Below, one piece after another: positions 17,901-25,441 of a DNA stretch of 46,242 nucleotides. Below the pieces are notes generated by a model that worked only from the letters and a program-made list of their open reading frames with translations, did not search any database and had not been told where the DNA came from. The stretch comes from an uncultured Gammaproteobacteria bacterium (lineage in GTDB: Bacteria > Pseudomonadota > Gammaproteobacteria > CAYGKN01): the NCBI GenBank assembly GCA_964350565.1, contig CAYGKN010000002.1, positions 1 through 46,242 on the forward strand. Reading direction: 5' to 3'. Numbering within the stretch: position 1 is the first letter of the stretch; the number at the start of each line of letters is the position of its first letter. The position numbers and the translations under genes were made by a program.

Positions 17901-19699
17901 TTTTTATCGATCCCTATCCAGACACAGAAAAAAGTTTTGCCGAGCGGGAACGATTGTTCGCACTTCCACGTTCCACTTGGGATGATTATCAAAAAGAAGC
18001 CCTATCAGAAGGCGGTGCCATTTATTCTAGGAGTGCCAAAGAGATTCAATTGCCTGCAGCATTTTGCCGTCGCTTCGGACTCACACAAGAGCGCTTCGAG
18101 CCGAACGCCTTAATTCGACTATTGCTCTCTTTACCTGTTGATTTGATTTGGAATGGCGGCATTGGAACCTATGTAAAGGGCACTGAAGAAACCCATGAAA
18201 GTGTGGGGGATAAAACCAACAATGACACACGCATTGATGCCTCTGCCCTCAAAGCCAAAGTGATTGGAGAGGGGGGTAACCTGGGCCTGACACAATTGGC
18301 GCGTATCGAATATGCTCTTCACGGGGGTTCAATCAATACTGACTTTATTGATAACTCCGCTGGAGTAAATTGCTCCGACCAAGAGGTTAATATCAAAATT
18401 TTACTCAACGCGTTGGTCAAAAAAGGTGAACTCACTCAAAGAGAGCGCAATGCCCTTCTCCTTGAAATGACACCCACAGTAGCTAAACTCGTGCTCTCTA
18501 ATAATAAAGCCCAAAATCTCGCAATCAGTATTGCTGCAGAAAGAGCCCCTAATTACGTCGAACCTCATCATCGTGTGTTGGAAGAATTTGTACGCTTGGG
18601 TAAATTGGATCGTGAATTGGAATATCTTCCTTCTCGACAAACGCTGATGACTCGAAAGCTCAATGGCATTGGTCTCACGCGCCCCGAGATTTCCACATTA
18701 CTGGCTTATGCCAAAAACATTGCTTGCGATGAAATGCTTCAATCTGATTTACCTGAAGATCCTGAGCTGCTTCCGATGCTATTCACTGCCATGCCTCCCA
18801 TTCTAAAAGAGCGTTGGGAAGAGGCGCTCATTCAACATCCCCTCAAAAGAGAAATCATCGCCACACAATTATCCAATCACATCATCAATCAAATGGGCTT
18901 CCCTTTCTTTCATCGATTACATGATGAAAGCGGGGCCTCTATTCCCAGCATTGCCCGTGCATTTGTACTTACCGAGCAATTGTTCCCCATACAAAACCTC
19001 CGAGAGGAATTAATTTATCTGCAAGGAGAAGTACCAAGCCAAATTCTCCATGATGCACATATTGAAATCATTCGTTTGGCAAGACGTGCCACCCGTTGGT
19101 TCTTGCGCAATCATCGAAATACTTTAGATATTCCGTCTCTACTGGCATCCTATCGACCGCTACTACAATCACTCTTTGAGCATCTCTCCATACAAAACTA
19201 TGGACCAGAGCAAGAATTGATAGAAACACAAATCAATGAATACGCTCATGCTGGAATGCCCAGAGCACTGGCAGAAAAAATTGCCCGCATTCGTTTGTGG
19301 TTCCCCATTTTGGATATTGCTCAAGCAGCCATGCAACTCTCTGTGTCCCCCACGCAAGTGGCTCATGCGTACTTCTTGATTGGCGAGCGTTTAGAAATCA
19401 CTTGGGTGCGACAACAAATTACCAAGCACATGGTCGAGAGTCGTTGGGATGCCCTACTCCGAGAAGCCTTAAGAGATGATTTGGATGGATACCAATGCAA
19501 AATTGCCGTCAATATTTTGGAAACTTCAAATGATTTGGAAGTGGCGATTGCCCAATGGATGGACAGCCAATCCTCTTTGCTAGAGCGTTGGTCGCGCATG
19601 TTGGCGGACATCAAGCGTTTGAGTATTTCTCAATTTAACATCTATGCAGTTGCTGTGCGTGAATTATTGGATTTATCCCAAATGAGAACTGATCCCTAA
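14909..19699 (+). CDS. gdhB: Large (about 180 kDa class) NAD-specific glutamate dehydrogenase, 1,596 aa
   Basis: The length and the conserved catalytic block ([38 protein letters not shown]...[13 protein letters not shown]...[19 protein letters not shown]) are typical of the giant GDH family. The start is uncertain; an alternative ATG lies at 14933. Confidence 0.92.
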   Translation: [1596 protein letters not shown]

Positions 19700-20340
19700 T
19701 GGCCACTCTTCCCCTTCGACAGGAAGTGTATTTACAAGTCAAACGTCTCGCTAGAACACCTTCTCAGTGGAGTCACCCTTTATGGTGTTATCTCCTGATG
19801 CTGGCCTTATGGGGGCTCTTATCCCAAGGCATCCCCTCGACCACACCTCTAATCGTCAGTGCCTTATTCATCCAGACCTTGCTGTTGTTACTGCCCACCC
19901 TCTTTGAAGAAGACATACAGAGTGGTTTACTCCAGCAATTCTCCATGCAAGGCGAACGTCTGCAGCGCCTATTGATGATTCGCCTCTGTTTGTCCATAGG
20001 AATGCTGGCACTGCTTTTTATTGTTGCACTTCCCGTTATTCACCTTTTTTTGGGATTGCCCTGGAAGCATTGCCTGGCTTTACTCAATGCTTGGTGTGCT
20101 GCATTGCCCATACTGGTAAGTTTAGGAAGCATTGCACAGCTCATGCTTTTAGAAGTCCAAGGAGGGGGATGGCTATTCTCTATCATGGTATGGCCCTTGT
20201 ATTTACCGCTCTTGCTACTGATCGTCCAAGCCACCATCCTTTCTAGTCCATACTACTTGCTCATCGGACTCTCCCTATTCAGCCTGAGTATCACCCCATT
20301 TCTCATGTGCTGGCTTGTTCTGGTAATATCATGGTTATGA
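19699..20340 (+). CDS. ccmB: Heme exporter permease CcmB, 213 aa
   Basis: It aligns by eye with E. coli CcmB: FEEDIQSGLLQQF against FRDDLQDGSLEQL, and GGGWLFSIMVWPLYLPLLLL against RGGVLLSILVLPLTIPLLIF. The ATG shares its A with the gdhB TAA stop (TAATG). Confidence 0.88.
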   Translation: MATLPLRQEVYLQVKRLARTPSQWSHPLWCYLLMLALWGLLSQGIPSTTPLIVSALFIQTLLLLLPTLFEEDIQSGLLQQFSMQGERLQRLLMIRLCLSIGMLALLFIVALPVIHLFLGLPWKHCLALLNAWCAALPILVSLGSIAQLMLLEVQGGGWLFSIMVWPLYLPLLLLIVQATILSSPYYLLIGLSLFSLSITPFLMCWLVLVISWL

Positions 20341-21053
20341 AGTGGATAATTAAAACAGTCGCACCGTTATTTAGCCCGCCGGTAGCCTATAGAGCCAGCC
20401 GAGTGTGTTTGCCCTACTTTGCCATTCTCACTCTCTTATTGGCGGGATGGGGATTGTGGCAGGGATTATTCGTTGCCCCCCCTGATTATCAGCAAGGTGA
20501 GGGTTTCCGGTTGATTTATCTGCATGTACCTTCAGCTACGCTCTCTCTGCTTATTTATCTGAGCATGATGGTAGCCGCTTTACTCTTTTTGGTGTTCCGA
20601 TTGAAAATGGCATGGTTTTATATTCAGGCCAGCACTGGCATTGGAGCATTATTCACTGCCATGGCGTTAATTACGGGGGCAATTTGGGGGAAACCCATGT
20701 GGGGCACTTTTTGGGTATGGGATGCCAGGCTTACTTCAGAATTACTGTTACTCGTGATTTACGGCTCGATTTTATTGTTGCATCAACAGTTGCGCGCACA
20801 AGCCCAAAGATTAATTTGCGTATGGGTGCTCATCGGTGGCATGGATTTGCCTATCATTCATTATTCGGTCAAATGGTGGAATACCTTGCATCAAGGAGAA
20901 ACCGTACATCTTTTTGGCAACAGTCTCATTGCCCCCAGCATGGCCAGACCGTTGTGGGTAATGATATTAGCGGCATTTTTTTATTTTTGTATGCTTATGT
21001 GTTGGCGCTTACAAACTCAATTGCTCTATCACTTTAAAGGCGGTCTGAAATGA
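20337..21053 (+). CDS. ccmC: Heme exporter protein CcmC, 238 aa
   Basis: WWD motif WGKPMWGTFWVWDARLTSELLLL. The ATG at 20337 makes an ATGA overlap with the ccmB stop. The ORF track starts 10 codons earlier. Confidence 0.9.
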   Translation: MKWIIKTVAPLFSPPVAYRASRVCLPYFAILTLLLAGWGLWQGLFVAPPDYQQGEGFRLIYLHVPSATLSLLIYLSMMVAALLFLVFRLKMAWFYIQASTGIGALFTAMALITGAIWGKPMWGTFWVWDARLTSELLLLVIYGSILLLHQQLRAQAQRLICVWVLIGGMDLPIIHYSVKWWNTLHQGETVHLFGNSLIAPSMARPLWVMILAAFFYFCMLMCWRLQTQLLYHFKGGLK

Positions 21054-21175
21054 AGGCGTATCTCATATATCTTTGGCCTACCGTGGGGTTATTCTTAGGC
21101 AGTCTGTCGATGATGGCCTGGCGATCTTATCGTCAAACCAAGAAGGCTCAGCAATGGCGTCAGAGACATTCATGA
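21050..21175 (+). CDS. ccmD: Heme exporter protein CcmD, 41 aa (below the ORF-track length cutoff)
   Basis: My hand translation is MKAYLIYLWPTVGLFLGSLSMMAWRSYRQTKKAQQWRQRHS, one TM helix followed by a basic tail. There are ATGA overlaps with both the ccmC stop (21050-21053) and the ccmE start (21172-21175). This is the canonical position between ccmC and ccmE. Confidence 0.8.
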   Translation: MKAYLIYLWPTVGLFLGSLSMMAWRSYRQTKKAQQWRQRHS

Positions 21176-21600
21176 GCAAACGCACCCAGAGGTTGTCACG
21201 CTTACTTTGGCCATTGTTAGGTCTTGCACTCGCGGGTGGATTTATCCTCTACTCCATTCGCACGCATGTGGATTTGTTTTTTACGCCCACCCAAATGACT
21301 CACGCCACGCTTACCCCGACACAACGCATTCGACTAGGCGGTTTGGTGGAGAGAGGCTCTCTCAAACACCTTCAAGGATTGGCCATTGCTTTTCGTGTGC
21401 GCGATCAACACACCTCGCTTCATGTGGACTACGACGGTACTGTACCTGATCTATTTCGCGAGGGGCAAAGTGTGGTGATGGATGGATACCCTCTCTCTGC
21501 CACTCATTTTCATGCCACTCGCATTTTAGCCAAACACGATGAACGCTACATGCCGGCCAATATCAAAAAAGCCTTATCTCAACCCTCCAAGGTACAATAA
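21172..21600 (+). CDS. ccmE: Heme chaperone CcmE, 142 aa
   Basis: N-terminal membrane anchor, an OB-fold region, and the heme-binding His context LAKHDERYMP (E. coli has LAKHDENYTP). I chose the ATG at 21172; the ORF track extends 33 codons upstream, across ccmD. Confidence 0.9.
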   Translation: MSKRTQRLSRLLWPLLGLALAGGFILYSIRTHVDLFFTPTQMTHATLTPTQRIRLGGLVERGSLKHLQGLAIAFRVRDQHTSLHVDYDGTVPDLFREGQSVVMDGYPLSATHFHATRILAKHDERYMPANIKKALSQPSKVQ

Positions 21601-23495
21601 TGGCATTGTTGGGCGTATTCTTCTTATCGCTGGCCGGAGCCTTGTCTTTGTGGAATATCACCACGGGCCATATGGCCCTTTCTCGGCCTAAAAAATCCTT
21701 ATTTTTACGCCTACCCACTCTCTCGCTTGGCGTGATGCTATGCATTGCTGGGAGTTTAATTTCATTGACTCTCGCTTTTCTCCGTAATGATTTTTCTGTA
21801 AATTATGTCGCCGCACATTCCAATCGCTATTTACCTTTGCTCTATAAACTCACTGCCGTATGGGGAGGCCATGAGGGTTCTCTGCTCTTGTGGACATTCA
21901 TGTTATCCGTCTGGACGATGTTATTGAGTCATTATCCCTTGGGGTTGCAAGCGAGACTGCAAGCAAGAATGCAGATGGTGTTGATGGGATTGATCCTTAT
22001 TTTTATATGGTTTTTATTGTATACCTCCAATCCCTTTCTGCAGCAATTCCAGCATATTCCTAGCAATGGTCAAGATCTCAATCCGCTGCTTCAGGATATT
22101 GGTATGGCCTTTCATCCACCCATTTTATACATGGGCTATGTAGGCAGTGCATTGTTATTTGCCTTTTCCATTGCGGTATTAATCGAGGGGCGCTACCGTG
22201 CACATTGGTTAGAGGCGCTATGGCCTTGGATGATGCTGTCTTTTTGTGCGCTCACTGCAGGGATCACCTTTGGGAGCTGGTGGGCTTATCGAGAATTGGG
22301 TTGGGGCGGTTTTTGGTTTTGGGATCCGGTAGAAAATGCCTCCTTTATGCCTTGGTTGATTTGGGTGGCACTGTTGCACACAGGGTTGGTGATTCGACGC
22401 CTCAATATCTTTTGGCCATGGTTTTTGATGCTCTGTTTGGTGAATTTCACCTTCAGTCTATTGGGTACGTTTTTGGTACGTTCTGGGGTATTGATTTCAG
22501 TACATGCTTTTGCCAATGATCCTTCCAGGGGACTGGGGTTGCTGATGATCCTGGCTGCTGCTGTAATCGCCGCTTTGGGATTATGGATCTGGCGTCGAGG
22601 GATGTTTCAGCATCAAGCGCTTCCACACCCAGCTTCTAGAGAGCATGCCATTGCGCTGGCCAATTGGTTATTGATGATTATGTTGTTCACCGTCTTCACA
22701 GGCGTATTATTTCCCTTGTTTGCTCAACTCTTCAACTTCCAACAGTATTCTGTAGGACCACCTTTCTACAATCAATTATTCCCTCCGTTATGGATATTGA
22801 TGATGCTAGTGTTTATTGCCGCGCTTTGTTTGCCTTGGGGAAATCGAGAATACCAACTCACAAAACGAACTTGCTTTTTGGGACTAACCTCTGCTATCGC
22901 GGGCATTGCTCTGGGGTATTTCTATGGGTTATCTATCGGACTGAGCATGGGGTTGATTCTCTTGATCTTTGGCGCATTGTTGCAAATTCAATTCTTTTGG
23001 CGCCTACCTAAAAAATCTCGTTATTTTCCGATGTTTCTGGCGCATCTGGGATGGATGATGACCGTCATGGGCATTGGGGGTGTGAGTAGCTTCGCACTTG
23101 CAAAAAGTGAGATTTTATACCCCGGTGTCCCCACGCGCATTGGTCCCTATACCATTACTTTAGGCGCCTTGAGCGATAGCCCTGGCCCCAATTACACCGG
23201 CATTAAAATTCCTTTCACCATCACCACACCCACAGGGCATGTGTATCAACGCGCTGCCTATAAACGTTATTACCCGTTAGCCAAAATGCCCATGACTGTG
23301 ATCGGGTTATTTACAGAGTTTGGCAGCGATATCTACATTGCACCCAGTGAGCCTCGCGCAGGAGGGTTCGCGATGCGTTTATATTATAAACCATTGGTAC
23401 GATGGATTTGGTGGGGCGGTGGATGCATTCTACTGGCTGCACTCTATTCTGCGATCACGATGTTGGAGAGGCGTTTATGCGAAAAGAATTATTAG
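21600..23495 (+). CDS. ccmF: Cytochrome c heme lyase subunit CcmF, 631 aa
   Basis: A polytopic membrane protein carrying the WWD motif WGGFWFWDPVENASFMPWL. TAATG overlap with ccmE. Confidence 0.93.
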   Translation: MALLGVFFLSLAGALSLWNITTGHMALSRPKKSLFLRLPTLSLGVMLCIAGSLISLTLAFLRNDFSVNYVAAHSNRYLPLLYKLTAVWGGHEGSLLLWTFMLSVWTMLLSHYPLGLQARLQARMQMVLMGLILIFIWFLLYTSNPFLQQFQHIPSNGQDLNPLLQDIGMAFHPPILYMGYVGSALLFAFSIAVLIEGRYRAHWLEALWPWMMLSFCALTAGITFGSWWAYRELGWGGFWFWDPVENASFMPWLIWVALLHTGLVIRRLNIFWPWFLMLCLVNFTFSLLGTFLVRSGVLISVHAFANDPSRGLGLLMILAAAVIAALGLWIWRRGMFQHQALPHPASREHAIALANWLLMIMLFTVFTGVLFPLFAQLFNFQQYSVGPPFYNQLFPPLWILMMLVFIAALCLPWGNREYQLTKRTCFLGLTSAIAGIALGYFYGLSIGLSMGLILLIFGALLQIQFFWRLPKKSRYFPMFLAHLGWMMTVMGIGGVSSFALAKSEILYPGVPTRIGPYTITLGALSDSPGPNYTGIKIPFTITTPTGHVYQRAAYKRYYPLAKMPMTVIGLFTEFGSDIYIAPSEPRAGGFAMRLYYKPLVRWIWWGGGCILLAALYSAITMLERRLCEKNY

Positions 23496-24007
23496 TCGGT
23501 GCATTGTCACTGTTTTTGGGTGTTATTTTTTGGGGCCTGTGGGCTGGATTACAAAAACCCCAGGCTCTTCATCTACCCAAAAATCACATCCTCATGCATC
23601 CCTTTAAATTGCCACTGGTCAAGCAAACGGGTAGCTTTACTTTGGACAATTTGATGGGACACCCCAGCATTATTCATATTTTTGCTAGTTGGTGTGAGAC
23701 TTGCCAAGCCGAAAAATCTCAATGGAAAGTCTTCGCAAGCACAACAAAAGTGCCTATTTATGCCGTAGCGTATCGAGATGAGCCTCAAAACATTATCAAA
23801 ATGCTCAGGTCCCTTTTTTCTATTTACCGTGCGGTGGCCTATGACAATAAAGGGGATGTAATGATTGATTGGGGCAGCTACGGTACTCCTGAAATCCTCT
23901 TGGTCAATTCCAATGCTGAAATTGTCTATCGACATGCAGGCCCTATGAGTGAAACCTTTTGGAAAGAAACCATTTTACCCAAACTGGATCACCTGGATGA
24001 GTTCTAA
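23477..24007 (+). CDS. ccmG: Thiol:disulfide interchange protein CcmG/DsbE, 176 aa
   Basis: N-terminal anchor MRKELLVGALSLFLGVIFWGL, thioredoxin motif WCETC, and a GVPETF-like YGTPEILL. The start at 23477 overlaps the ccmF end by 19 nt. Confidence 0.88.
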   Translation: MRKELLVGALSLFLGVIFWGLWAGLQKPQALHLPKNHILMHPFKLPLVKQTGSFTLDNLMGHPSIIHIFASWCETCQAEKSQWKVFASTTKVPIYAVAYRDEPQNIIKMLRSLFSIYRAVAYDNKGDVMIDWGSYGTPEILLVNSNAEIVYRHAGPMSETFWKETILPKLDHLDEF

Positions 24008-24368
24008 ATGGATGGGCATGCTACTACTTCTCATTGGGAATATATGGGCACACTCAGATCATTATGATAATCCTCGCTTCACACACTTGGTCGGCCAATT
24101 GCGCTGCTTAGTTTGCCAAAATGAAACAGTTCTAGATTCTCAGTCGCTATTTGCGAACAGCCTACGCACACAAGTCTATTCAATGATGCAACAAGGCAAA
24201 AGCGATGCAGCCATAGAAAAATATCTCATCGAGCGCTATGGCACTTTCATTCTCTACAATCCCCCCATGAATCGTGAAACCAGCCTGCTGTGGGGAGCAC
24301 CATTGCTGCCTTTGGTGCTGGGATGGTATGGGTATCGAAAAAGAAAAAAGTTAATCCCAAAGCAATGA
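23997..24368 (+). CDS. ccmH: Cytochrome c maturation protein CcmH, 123 aa
   Basis: Signal-peptide-like N-terminus, the LRCLVCQNETVLDS (LRCxxCQ) motif, and a C-terminal TM helix followed by a basic tail. No TPR-containing CcmI portion follows. Confidence 0.88.
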   Translation: MSSKWMGMLLLLIGNIWAHSDHYDNPRFTHLVGQLRCLVCQNETVLDSQSLFANSLRTQVYSMMQQGKSDAAIEKYLIERYGTFILYNPPMNRETSLLWGAPLLPLVLGWYGYRKRKKLIPKQ

Positions 24369-24504
24369 TGACTATCATCGCTTGTACCTTCAAAGATTCC
24401 CTGTTGTTTACCGTGAAATCTACTGCATGGTATCAAAAAAATGATGACGTTGACCCCTACAGCATTGTGGCACTTAGCAGACAAACCATTTAGCCTTATC
24501 CGTA

Positions 24505-24572
24505 TTTTTCAAAGTCTGTGTTCGATGCTGACTTTGAAAAAATACCGATCCATAGCTTCAACCGATGGATCG
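24505..24572. repeat. Two adjacent inverted repeats in the convergent ccmH/epimerase gap (possible transcription stop region)
   Basis: IR1 is tttttcaaagtc (24505-24516), a 13-nt loop, then gactttgaaaaa (24530-24541). IR2 is cgatccat (24546-24553), an 11-nt loop, then atggatcg (24565-24572). Neither has a canonical 3' U-tract. Confidence 0.3.
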
Positions 24573-24637
24573 TTCGGGTTGCCCCAGGAAACATTTAAAG
24601 CCTATGAAGAGCAACTCCATGCAATACCGACTTAATC

Positions 24638-25441
24638 TTACATGAACGCTCTATACCCAAAAAAAGCATTGGGATAGACATATTCAAATCCCATTGCTTT
24701 TAACCACTGACTACAAACCCGCTTGTTTTTTATTCCTGGATCACTGGGCCATGCTGGCATAGACCAGCCCCAATGACTTGCTAACAATCGCGCACAAGCA
24801 TAATTATCCAAAGGCTCTCGATCGACTCCTAAATAGAGCGTTTCAAAATGAGATTGCCGAGTCAGCAAAGTATAAAATCGTATGATATCGGTTTGGTGCA
24901 TGCGATTCATCCACATACGCGCTCCCAGGTTGCCTTTTTGAATATGGGAGATAAACCTTGAACGATTTGGTCCATAGATCCCTGTCAAACGAATCACAGA
25001 AGTTGGTAATACACTGGTGATGGCTTCCTCTGCCTGAAGTAACATCTCACCTCGCCAATGCGGAGGATTTGCTTTCGTGGATTCATCCACCCAACCCACA
25101 TCCGAATACACTGCAGTACTGGAAGTAAAAAAATAGCGTTTTAATGAAGAGGTATTGAGGTGCTTGAGTAGAGACAAAGGGCCTTTTTGATAAACCGCCC
25201 GATACCCCTCCTGATTGCCCTCACTTGGTGCTGCCGTGTAGAACACAAAATCATAAGGAATAGGCAATTCTTCCTCCCAACGCGTTAAATCTCCAAGGAT
25301 CCATGCTATATTGGGATGAGTAAGGGGGATCGGATGCTGCTTAATGGCCGTCACTTGATGACCCATTTGGGCAAAATGCATGGCCAATGGCGCACCGATA
25401 TACCCTGCACCGGCAATTAAAATATACAGAGGTTGATTCAT
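24638..25441 (-). CDS. NAD(P)-dependent epimerase/dehydratase-family (extended SDR) protein, 267 aa
   Basis: N-terminal Rossmann motif LYILIAGAGYIGAPLA, and a general SDR-like layout. I chose the ATG at 25441. Confidence 0.7.
   Translation of the reverse strand: MNQPLYILIAGAGYIGAPLAMHFAQMGHQVTAIKQHPIPLTHPNIAWILGDLTRWEEELPIPYDFVFYTAAPSEGNQEGYRAVYQKGPLSLLKHLNTSSLKRYFFTSSTAVYSDVGWVDESTKANPPHWRGEMLLQAEEAITSVLPTSVIRLTGIYGPNRSRFISHIQKGNLGARMWMNRMHQTDIIRFYTLLTRQSHFETLYLGVDREPLDNYACARLLASHWGWSMPAWPSDPGIKNKRVCSQWLKAMGFEYVYPNAFFGYRAFM

Noticed and set aside
24505-24541. 12-bp inverted repeat considered as a bidirectional rho-independent terminator
   Set aside because: The T-run is 5' and the A-run is 3' of the core stem in both orientations, so no U-tail follows the hairpin. 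The stem is AT-rich and the loop is 13 nt. I kept it only as a repeat feature.
24369-24637. Short ORFs (24290-24493, 24441-24635) as a possible ccmI or its remnant
   Set aside because: There are no TPR-like or CcmI-like sequence features, and the ORFs are short and in different frames. A tBLASTn search is still listed as a check under findings.
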